Part shown: positions 1-7,427 of the stretch, one piece after another | Layout: each line of letters opens with the position of its first letter | How positions within the stretch are numbered: position 1 is the first letter of the stretch | Source: Zestosphaera tikiterensis | GTDB lineage: Archaea > Thermoproteota > Thermoprotei_A > Sulfolobales > NBVN01 | Direction of reading: 5' to 3' | Length of the DNA: 32,000 bases | Assembly: GCA_003056265.1 (NCBI GenBank) | Contig: NBVN01000004.1 | Location: 270,001-302,000, forward strand | Program-made: the position numbers and the translations under genes | The notes under the pieces: model-generated | Seen by the model: only the letters and a program-made list of their open reading frames with translations | What the model was told of the DNA's origin: nothing | Database searches by the model: none

Positions 1-2
1 TT

Positions 3-362
3 AAGAGAGTATCCCTCGTTGATGAGAGGGGTAGGGTCAGACCCGCTAGAAAAATAACTAACGTTTGGGAGATCAGAGACTTCGGGGAGTATGAGGAGGT
101 TGCTAGGTGGGACCCCGCTAGGAATAGGTTCGAGCTTAAGTTAGGGAGGAGTTTAGTCCTTCAGAAGATTTCAGACTTGACTGGAAAGCCTGTCGAGGCT
201 TTAATGGATGAGTTAGCTTTAAGGAAAGCAGTTCTTGAGTGGTTAGTGGCTTCTAAGAAGACTGCCTATAGGGATGTAGCGACTTACATTCAGAAGTACT
301 ACCTAAACCCGAAGAAGACTTTAGAGGAGTTGGGTGTGGCTCATGCCTTCACTACGGCGTAG
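3..362 (+). CDS. 3' end (cut by window edge) of a FlaI/PilB/VirB11-family type IV pilus/archaellum assembly ATPase
   Basis: Frame 3 is open from base 3 to TAG 360-362; the ORF track shows only the last 61 aa, starting at an internal TTG at 177. The tail ...RNRFELKLGRSLVLQKISDLTGKPVEALMDELALRKAVLEWLV... matches the pattern I associate with the C-terminus of archaeal FlaI-type ATPases. It overlaps the FlaJ/TadC-like gene, its usual partner, by 29 nt. Confidence 0.6.
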   Translation, partial: KRVSLVDERGRVRPARKITNVWEIRDFGEYEEVARWDPARNRFELKLGRSLVLQKISDLTGKPVEALMDELALRKAVLEWLVASKKTAYRDVATYIQKYYLNPKKTLEELGVAHAFTTA

Positions 363-2175
363 GAAGAAGGGTAAGGAACCTAAAGCTGGTGAAGTTAGGG
401 AAGACCTTAAGAAGGTTGCGAAGCCTTGGGTTAAAGGACCTACGTTAGACGAGATCTTCACAGCTTTATCTCTAACGTTGTTTGAATCCTTAGGTAGGTC
501 TTTAGCTAAGACTTTCGAGTTGGATAAAGCATTACTTAAAGCTGGTTTAAACGTCCACCCAACTATATACGCGGCTAAGACTTTAACGTTTACTGTTTTA
601 GCCGCTATACTGTCGTTACTTCCAACAGCTGCGTTCATAGTTTTGATTCCAGCTAACATCATAGTTAAGGTTGTGTTGGTGGTTTTCGCGGCTGTAGTTC
701 CTATCATGGTTTTTGCTTTAAGGCTTTCCTACCCGGCTTTAATAGCTTCAGATAGGAAGTCTGGGGTTGAGAACGAGCTCCCGTTCTTCATGGCTTACGC
801 GTCAACCATGGTTAAAGCCGGTGTTAGCTTAGATAAGATTATTGAGAGGGTTGCCGAGCTTAAGGTGTTTAAAGCTTTAAGGGATGAGGCTAGGAGGGTA
901 GTCACTAGGGTTAGGATGTTTGGCGACGACCCTGTCTCGGCGTTGGAGTACGTGGCTTCAAACCACCCAAGCACTAAGTTTAGGGACGTTATGTTGGGTT
1001 ACACAACGACTTTAAGGAGTGGTGGTGACGTAGTCCACTATATGGAGGTTAGGACTAGGGAGTTGTTTGAGGCTAGGATGGTTGAGACTAGGTTAATTAC
1101 TGAAAGGCTTGCTTCATTTCTAGAGCTTTACATAGTTTTAGGCGTGATTATGTCCGTAACGGTCTTCGTGTTCTTCGCTGTTTCCGGAACGCTTTCGGCG
1201 GTGTCCGCCGGGAGGACTACGGGTGTTGTTAGGGTTGATATAACTATGCCTTCACTATATAACTTCCTAGTCCTGCCTACCCTAGGGTTGGCGGTCTTAC
1301 TAATGATTCACTACTCCCAACCTAAAACCCCCGTTAAGGTTATGGAGCCTTACTACACTTTAATACCTTTAATACCTGTTGCTGTGTTAGCTTTCTACAT
1401 AACTTTAGCGATTACCGGAGGGTTAGGTGTGTTCAGAGGTGTTTTAGGTATTTCTGAGGTTAGGTCTTTAATAATAGCTAGTACCGTAGCTACATTACTT
1501 ACTTCAGTGCCTCCATGGCTTGTCTATAGGGGAGTTATGAAAGGGCATAAGGGGTTGATTAGCTCTACAGCTGATTTCCTAAGGGACTTAAGCGAGGTTA
1601 GGAAGACTGGATTAAGCCCTGAGAAATGTTTGATATCCCTATCTACGAGAGACTATAGGAACTTAACGCCTATAGTTAGTAAGGCTGGAGCTGCTTTATC
1701 GATAGGCTTAAGCCTTGAGGAATCCTTAAGGAGGGTTATTAAAGGCGTTAAAGAATGGTTCGTCATAGCTATCTTCAGATTCTTAACGGACTCCATAGTG
1801 GTTGGCGGCGGATCCCCCGAAATAGTTGATGCTTTAGCTAGATTCACTCAAAGCTTAAGCGAGTTGGAGGAGGAGATGAGGAGGAGGTTAAAAGCTTACG
1901 TATTCCTACCGTACTTCGGCACGGTAATGCTCGCATCAACACCTATAATGATTATAAACTTACTAGCCACGGCAGGCGGCGCAAACCCCGAAGCCTTAGC
2001 ACCGTTAATAGCTGTGTTAGGCGCTGGCAGCATGATAAACGCATACATAATGGGTTTAGTTGCTGGGAAATCCGCCGAGATGAGCATAGCTTCAGGTTTT
2101 AAACACGCTGTCGTAATGGTAGCTTTAACTACGGCAACCACGTTAATCACTATGTACTTCTATAAGTTAATTTAA
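334..2175 (+). CDS. FlaJ/TadC/PilC-like polytopic membrane platform protein of a type IV pilus-like system (T2SS-F domains)
   Basis: 613-aa ORF with many hydrophobic spans and two soluble T2SS-F-like segments (ELPFFMAYASTMVKAGVSLDKIIERVAELK... and ADFLRDLSEVRKTGLSPEKCLISL...). Translationally coupled to the upstream ATPase tail. Confidence 0.85.
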   Translation: MWLMPSLRRRKKGKEPKAGEVREDLKKVAKPWVKGPTLDEIFTALSLTLFESLGRSLAKTFELDKALLKAGLNVHPTIYAAKTLTFTVLAAILSLLPTAAFIVLIPANIIVKVVLVVFAAVVPIMVFALRLSYPALIASDRKSGVENELPFFMAYASTMVKAGVSLDKIIERVAELKVFKALRDEARRVVTRVRMFGDDPVSALEYVASNHPSTKFRDVMLGYTTTLRSGGDVVHYMEVRTRELFEARMVETRLITERLASFLELYIVLGVIMSVTVFVFFAVSGTLSAVSAGRTTGVVRVDITMPSLYNFLVLPTLGLAVLLMIHYSQPKTPVKVMEPYYTLIPLIPVAVLAFYITLAITGGLGVFRGVLGISEVRSLIIASTVATLLTSVPPWLVYRGVMKGHKGLISSTADFLRDLSEVRKTGLSPEKCLISLSTRDYRNLTPIVSKAGAALSIGLSLEESLRRVIKGVKEWFVIAIFRFLTDSIVVGGGSPEIVDALARFTQSLSELEEEMRRRLKAYVFLPYFGTVMLASTPIMIINLLATAGGANPEALAPLIAVLGAGSMINAYIMGLVAGKSAEMSIASGFKHAVVMVALTTATTLITMYFYKLI

Positions 2176-2181
2176 GCGTGT

Positions 2182-2559
2182 TTAATAACGAACTCCCAAA
2201 CCCTCAAGCAATTCTTTAAAATCTTTTGAATTGTTCACAGCTTTCCGAACGGCTTCATCCAGTAAATCCAGCCTATTCAACCTAATCAACACAGTCTTAA
2301 CTAAATACGTTACTACGAAAAGCGCTACATCCTCAATCCCATAATGTTCTTTAACAGTCTTATAGAACTCCACCGAATCATAGAAGAACATCTGAAGAGC
2401 GTTTAAACCATGCCTAGACTTAAACAAGTAGTCGAGGGTCTGTAGGTAGCCGGGGAAAGCCCTCGTAAACCGTTCCTTGACGTAATCGATTAAATCGGAA
2501 GCTTCTATACTCACCCCCCACGGAAGAACGCATAGCGATAACCGATTAATTATTGTCAT
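2182..2559 (-). CDS. hypothetical protein (125 aa, helical, no recognisable motif)
   Basis: Clean ORF convergent with the FlaJ-like gene (6 nt between stops). I recognise no family signature. Confidence 0.5.
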   Translation of the reverse strand: MTIINRLSLCVLPWGVSIEASDLIDYVKERFTRAFPGYLQTLDYLFKSRHGLNALQMFFYDSVEFYKTVKEHYGIEDVALFVVTYLVKTVLIRLNRLDLLDEAVRKAVNNSKDFKELLEGLGVRY

Positions 2560-2681
2560 GGAGGTTTAAAAGATTAACGCTTTTAAAACAAACGTAAAGG
2601 ATAAACAAACGTTGAAGGTTGGGAAGAATATCTTAAAGAAGTCTTCGGTAATAAAGCAAGAGGGCTTCCTCCCCAGCTTCT

Positions 2682-3008
2682 TTAAGTTTTGAGGTTTTTC
2701 AACTCTTCAGAAACTTCCCTAACTTTACTTAAGTCTACAGTAATTACGTACTCATTCTTTAAAGCTCTCTTTAAAGATTCAGCGAAAGACCTACCTAAAC
2801 CTTCTAAACACTCTAAAGAATTGAAGCATTCATTCAACGAATTCACGTAAGTTAAAGACTCAACCCAAACTAAAGAACCTAAAACCTCCTCAGAATCCAT
2901 AGGTTCATAACAAAGAAGACCTGAATAACGGCAAACCTCCCTCAAAACATCAACCAAACCATTACGCAAGCCAGAATCAACAAACACAACATAACCCACA
3001 CAAAACAC
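2682..3008 (-). CDS. hypothetical protein (108 aa)
   Basis: ORF on the same strand as 2182-2559. No recognisable motif, so coding status rests on ORF length only. Confidence 0.4.
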   Translation of the reverse strand: MFCVGYVVFVDSGLRNGLVDVLREVCRYSGLLCYEPMDSEEVLGSLVWVESLTYVNSLNECFNSLECLEGLGRSFAESLKRALKNEYVITVDLSKVREVSEELKNLKT

Positions 3009-3420
3009 CCTTCCACTACTACACTAAACACTAACACTAATATATGCAGGTAAAACTTTAAAAACTTTAAACACACTAAATTTGACTACGTCAAACTCTA
3101 GAGAAATCCCGTCACGAAGCCAATCTTTTACTATAATATCGAATATCGTGAGTAGTTCTACTAAGAGTTCCTTAAAGACGTCTAGAACTTTCTTTAAACT
3201 AACTCTTAAGTAAGCCTTAGCTTCCCCTCTTTCGCTGGAGTTAATGCCTACTCTTACATGTGATTAGATTTTCTAGTTTGATAAGCCTATCTTAGAAAGT
3301 CTAGTTGGGTTAGGTTTTCTAATTCCTCTGTGAGTGTAAATTTACACTTAAGTATGGATTAACTACACCACAAGAAAGTAATAACATGTTGTTACGGGTA
3401 GGAGTGGGAGAAAAAGAACC

Positions 3421-4353
3421 TTATCTACCGAATCTGCCGAGGATGTTGGTGTGTATGTTACTCTCAATGTTGTAGAGCTCGAACCTGAACTCTGTATTGC
3501 TGAACTCTATTACCGAGTATATCTTAACCACCAAGTGAGTGGTCTCATTGTTCTTTATGTGCGATACCCACCAGTCGCTTAGCTTGGCTATATCTATCTT
3601 TGTTGCGAATGGGAGCACGGTGTCGGCTTTAGCCTTCAGTATTACTGGGTTATATGTAGTTCCCTCGCCTATCTTTATGTTGTTGACATAGATCTCGTAA
3701 TCAATCCTAGTCACAGGTATAGGCACCGCCTGGTGGTTGTATATTGTAGCCCTATGGTTAACCTCTATTACGCTAGGGGATACAGAACCCCATATAGACT
3801 CTAGGCTCTTCAAAGTCAGCTTGACAGGTCCAACGCTCATGTCTCTCGGCTCATTAGTGTTAAGTCCAGCCAACAGGTTCGTCTCAAGCTTTGACGAGAA
3901 CTCGAATGGATAGGCGAATTCCACGGCCTTCAGGTCGAATAATATATTACCAGTTATCTTTACAGTGCTTACCTCATGCTGGTTAATGTGTGATGCCAGT
4001 CCCTCAGGTATCTTCCTGCTATTGATCAGGCTCTTCAGGACTATAGCTGACTCTGTTTTTGCTGGGAGGCTTATATTAGTGCTTGACCCAGATACTATTT
4101 TTATATCGTTCAAGTACATGTCGAAAGCTACGCTTTTCACCGGGATAGAGAATGGATTTGGATTATACACCACAATACTTGTTACCACTTCCGTGGTGTC
4201 GCTAGTGACTGTCCCCCATGAACTAGCAATACTTTTAACCTCAGGCTTCATAGCCTCGCTCGGGGGCTTAGCACCATAATAAAAGTAGTAGCCTACTCCT
4301 AGGGCTACAACAATTAACACGAGGATTAAGAGGACTAACACGCCCTTACTCAT
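3421..4353 (-). CDS. membrane-anchored protein with two tandem LEA_2 (LEA14/WHy-like) domains
   Basis: N-terminal TM helix (VLVLLILVLIVVALGVGYYFYY) followed by two internally repeated modules. Compare VVYNPNPFSIPVKSVAFDMYLNDIKIVSG with TIYNHQAVPIPVTRIDYEIYVNNIKIGEG, the NPN..l.v..l.y.l.lN...lg.G pattern of LEA_2 domains. Confidence 0.7.
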   Translation of the reverse strand: MSKGVLVLLILVLIVVALGVGYYFYYGAKPPSEAMKPEVKSIASSWGTVTSDTTEVVTSIVVYNPNPFSIPVKSVAFDMYLNDIKIVSGSSTNISLPAKTESAIVLKSLINSRKIPEGLASHINQHEVSTVKITGNILFDLKAVEFAYPFEFSSKLETNLLAGLNTNEPRDMSVGPVKLTLKSLESIWGSVSPSVIEVNHRATIYNHQAVPIPVTRIDYEIYVNNIKIGEGTTYNPVILKAKADTVLPFATKIDIAKLSDWWVSHIKNNETTHLVVKIYSVIEFSNTEFRFELYNIESNIHTNILGRFGR

Positions 4354-4629
4354 GTTTTATCCTCCAATAATCTATAGGAGTTCCCATATATTTTGTCAAC
4401 CAACTGAACAGGATATAAGGGACTCCTGCTGTAAATAGGTTAATAAGATAGGGCAAACCTCCTACTACCCTTAGTAAATTAGCTTTCCTAAAGGGTTATC
4501 GAGTTCTGTGAGCACTTTTAAGCTTTGATACCTGAATGTCGGGTAAAACAGAACTTCAAGTTAGCTTCGATAAGCTTATCAAAGAAGTGAAGGTGTCTCC
4601 ATTTATAGCATTATCCATTTGAGAGAACT

Positions 4630-5148
4630 ACTCAGAGTAATACTCAGAGTAATGAGATTTCCTACGTAGAGCAATTAAAAAGTATTCACCTAAGACAATT
4701 AGAAAATGAAGAATTTTCAGGCCTCATGGAGATTGGGAATTCGTCAAATAAAAAAATTACGGAATGGGATAATGGGAAATTTAGGTGGGATAATGGGAAG
4801 GTGAATGAAATTCACGCATCGATTATCCCGCTGTTGATTATCCCATTATCCCGGGATATCCCGGGAAGACCACGCGTAGCTTCCCATTATCCCATTATCC
4901 CACTCTCAAAAACAATATGGGATCCCTAGCGGGATAAACGGGAAAACTGGGAAACCCCGATCAAACAGCATGAGTTTTACATACTACTTCATCCTACTAG
5001 AAACTAACCCTAGAAACTAGGATCCTCTTCAAACATCCTCCCTAATCCTCCCTAACACACTCTTCAACCAACCCTAACGTAAACCTAGAACGTTTAATCG
5101 GGGCTTGCTCTTTAACTGCGGATTTACACTCTGATAAGCTTATCAAAG
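4630..5148. repeat. Left arm of a long imperfect inverted repeat (iteron-rich, ~519 bp)
   Basis: Reverse-complement match to 9528-10017. Perfect blocks: 4957-4985 = rc(9686-9714) and 5031-5057 = rc(9614-9640). Both outer tips carry the tandem 12-mer ACTCAGAGTAAT (4630-4653). GAATTCGT at 4737-4744 matches rc 9903-9910, and CCTCATGGA at 4722-4730 matches rc 9917-9925. Contains about a dozen GGGAT/ATCCC cores and the 16-bp palindrome CCCGGGATATCCCGGG (4850-4865). Confidence 0.9.
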
Positions 5149-5150
5149 CT

Positions 5151-5283
5151 AAGTTTTCTAAGGACTTGAAGATCTTAACAGAGATTATCAATCAGAGAAA
5201 TAGCTAGGAAGGTAGGGCTTAGTAAATCAGCAGTTCATAAAAGACTAGGGAAAATACTTAAAAAGGAAGGGATACACGTTTAA
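5151..5283 (+). pseudogene. Remnant of a small HTH (Lrp/AsnC- or TrmB-like) gene, frame-disrupted, no start codon
   Basis: Frame containing 5179-5283 reads QRLSIREIARKVGLSKSAVHKRLGKILKKEGIHV*, a classic helix-turn-helix. It is preceded by TAA at 5176-5178 and has no start. The adjacent frame (5151-5207) reads KFSKDLKILTEIINQRNS*, which resembles the helix before such an HTH. The two pieces overlap on the same bases in different frames. Confidence 0.35.
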
Positions 5284-5352
5284 GTAACGATTAACCACGC
5301 TGCTTACAGATTAACTTAAGTAGTTAGTTTTACGGGGATGTTTTAGGTATAT

Positions 5353-5362
5353 CTTTTATATT
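5353..5362 (+). promoter_or_regulatory. TATA box (CTTTTATATT) for the AbrB-like/zinc-ribbon/RM operon; predicts a leaderless transcript
   Basis: The T/A box is centred near 5357, about 26 nt upstream of the TTG start at 5384. This is the usual archaeal TATA-to-TSS spacing. Confidence 0.4.
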
Positions 5363-5383
5363 CTAGGGCAATAACCTAGTATA

Positions 5384-5578
5384 TTGGGGGATGCCTTGGG
5401 TTGTGTTGATTTAAGTAGGTGTGTTAAGGTTAAGATATTAAAGTTAAGGAAGAAGCAGAAGGGGGTTGACGTTAGAATACCTAAGGAAGTCGTGGAGAAG
5501 ATGAATTTAAAAGGCAAGGAGAAGGTTGAGGTATACGTAGATTATGAAAACGGACTCATAATATATAAACCGTTTTAA
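5384..5578 (+). CDS. SpoVT/AbrB-like DNA-binding protein (antitoxin/controller-like)
   Basis: The C-terminal 45 aa, VDVRIPKEVVEKMNLKGKEKVEVYVDYENGLIIYKPF, fit the AbrB swapped-hairpin pattern (v.iPkev.e.l.lk.Gd.v.v....g.iii.p). The only in-frame starts are TTG 5384 or TTG 5396. Confidence 0.6.
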   Translation: MGDALGCVDLSRCVKVKILKLRKKQKGVDVRIPKEVVEKMNLKGKEKVEVYVDYENGLIIYKPF

Positions 5579-5588
5579 GGTGGGAAAC

Positions 5589-5786
5589 ATGGTTAAATGC
5601 CCTTACTGTGGCTACGAATCAAACATAAACGACTTTAAACTTCTTAGAAATCCATGGAGATATAGGTTCTACGAGGTTAGGAGGCTTGAATGCCCTAAAT
5701 GCCGTAAAGTATTCAACTACTACTACGAAGTAACATCTGAAGGTAAGGAAGTTAAGTTCATGATTAGAGTAAAGCCTAGAGGGTGA
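5589..5786 (+). CDS. small zinc-ribbon protein (CPYC...CPKC)
   Basis: Two CxxC pairs (CPYCGYES ... CPKCRKVF). ATG 5589 is preceded by GGTGG (5579-5583). The ORF track starts at GTG 5580. Lies 10 nt after the AbrB-like stop, so probably the same operon. Confidence 0.6.
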   Translation: MVKCPYCGYESNINDFKLLRNPWRYRFYEVRRLECPKCRKVFNYYYEVTSEGKEVKFMIRVKPRG

Positions 5787-5882
5787 TGAAGCGTCCGAGT
5801 TTGTGATTGGGATGAGGTTTGGGGCTGTGAGTATGTTAAAGGTGATGATGAACAGATAAGAAAGGCTTTGAAGGTGTGAAAG

Positions 5883-7427
5883 TTGAGTAAGGTAGGTCTG
5901 GAATTTACTCAAATAAGCTTTGCTTCAGAGGTAAAGGATTGGATAAATGAAATCATTAAAAACGAAAGATTAAGGTTTGAATACGCTGATATTGAAATAA
6001 AGGACCCACGTCGGAAAAGGGCTGATGTAATCCTATGGGAGAAGAGGAGAGAGAAGAAACCAGCACTTTTAATTGAGATATGGGATCCAAGCACCCCTCC
6101 TTGGGAGGATGCGTTAGATTCCGCCTTAGCTAAAGCATGGAAAAACAATATCCCTTATTTTGTTGTATGGAATTTAACGCACTTCTACTGTTGGGATACT
6201 TTTAAAGAGGGTGAAGTGATAGATAAGCTTTGGTGGCCTCATGCAGGCGTAAGCGAAGTAGTAACTAAGGCTTTAACGTATGAAGACGCTATTTTAAAGT
6301 ATAGTGAAGGGATTAAAAACTACATTAGAAATTTCCTTAAGGAGTTTGAAGAGGTTTATTACGGTATTAAGGCTAAGCCTTTACTTGGGATTGATGAAAG
6401 ATTCATCTATAGGTTAAGAGGCACGATTCACGCACTATCGATACCTGTTTTTGAGGAGTTAAAGAAGAGAACGCAGGAAGACATCCGGTTTAAGAAGGAG
6501 CTTATCAAATACTTTAAGGAACAAGGATGGACGTTTAAAGGAACGGACGAGGATTTCGAAAGAGTAGCAAGGCAATACATCTACTTACTTACCAACAAAT
6601 TACTTTTCTACAACGTTCTCCGTACAATCCCCTCATATAGAGAACTACCTAAGATCGAGATCCCCAAGGATGTCACAACCGGTGAAAAGCTAAGGGATAT
6701 ACTAAATTCTTACTTTGAACGTGCCTTTAAGACAACCGGAAATTACGAGACAATCCTACTTACAGATTTCTTAGACTCCATAATCCCGCCGGATGGTGTG
6801 GTTGAAGGTCTTAAGGAATTTATCCGTAAGATAAGCGATTACGACTTTTCAAAGATTACATATGAAATCTTAGGAAACATATTTCAAAGGCTAATACCGG
6901 AGGAGGAAAGGCATAAACTCGGTCAGTACTTCACGAGGTCTGATGTAGTTGACCTCATAGTAGGTTTCTGTGTAAGAAATGCCGACGATAAAGTGTTGGA
7001 TGGTAGTTGTGGTGCGGGGACGTTTCTAGTGCGGTCTTACGTGAGGAAAAAGCTACTTAACCCTAGTAAAAAGCATAAGGAGCTTATTAAGGAACTATTC
7101 GGGATTGACATCGCGAAGTTCCCAGCTCATCTCTCAATCATAAACTTGGCTAGTAGAAACCTATCAGAGGTTGAGAACTACCCTAACATCATTCATAAGG
7201 ATTTCTTCGACGTAAGCCCAAGTGGGAAATATCCCTTAACTGATGTAAAGCATAATGAAGTAAAGCATAAAGTTGAAACTTTAGGTAAGAAAGAGTTCTT
7301 TATTGAAATACCAGAGTCTTTTGATGCTGTAGTGATGAATCCACCATACACTAGGCAGGAGGAATTGGAGGACATACTTGAGGAAGAAAGAGCAAAGCGT
7401 ATGATGTATGCATTAAGGATTGGATAG
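5883..7427 (+). CDS. Type IIG restriction-modification enzyme, fragment 1 of 3 (N-terminal nuclease-like region + gamma-class N6-adenine methyltransferase motifs I-IV)
   Basis: TTG start with AGGTG 6 nt upstream. Contains GQYFTRSDVVDLIV, motif I (VLDGSCGAGTFLV) and motif IV (VMNPPYTRQEE). The N-terminus has a PD-(D/E)xK-like layout (RADVILWEK...ALLIEIWD). The frame ends at TAG 7425-7427, shortly after NPPY, but the protein continues in another frame. Confidence 0.85.
   Translation: MSKVGLEFTQISFASEVKDWINEIIKNERLRFEYADIEIKDPRRKRADVILWEKRREKKPALLIEIWDPSTPPWEDALDSALAKAWKNNIPYFVVWNLTHFYCWDTFKEGEVIDKLWWPHAGVSEVVTKALTYEDAILKYSEGIKNYIRNFLKEFEEVYYGIKAKPLLGIDERFIYRLRGTIHALSIPVFEELKKRTQEDIRFKKELIKYFKEQGWTFKGTDEDFERVARQYIYLLTNKLLFYNVLRTIPSYRELPKIEIPKDVTTGEKLRDILNSYFERAFKTTGNYETILLTDFLDSIIPPDGVVEGLKEFIRKISDYDFSKITYEILGNIFQRLIPEEERHKLGQYFTRSDVVDLIVGFCVRNADDKVLDGSCGAGTFLVRSYVRKKLLNPSKKHKELIKELFGIDIAKFPAHLSIINLASRNLSEVENYPNIIHKDFFDVSPSGKYPLTDVKHNEVKHKVETLGKKEFFIEIPESFDAVVMNPPYTRQEELEDILEEERAKRMMYALRIG

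Noticed and set aside
4726-4929. 67-aa ORF (MEIGNSSNKKITEWDNGKFRWDNGK...IIPLLIIPLS...) inside the left arm
   Set aside because: Its sequence is just the octamer repeats read in frame (WDNGK / IIPL repeats). The equivalent right-arm ORFs have different lengths and frames, so there is no coding conservation.
5786-5880. GUGAUGA motifs at 5786-5792 and 5853-5859 as C/D box sRNAs
   Set aside because: No CUGA D box occurs at the required distance downstream of either motif.
5619-5912. 97-aa minus-strand ORF overlapping the zinc-ribbon gene and the RM gene start
   Set aside because: It is antisense to two better-supported genes (CxxC pairs, SD sites) and has no motif.
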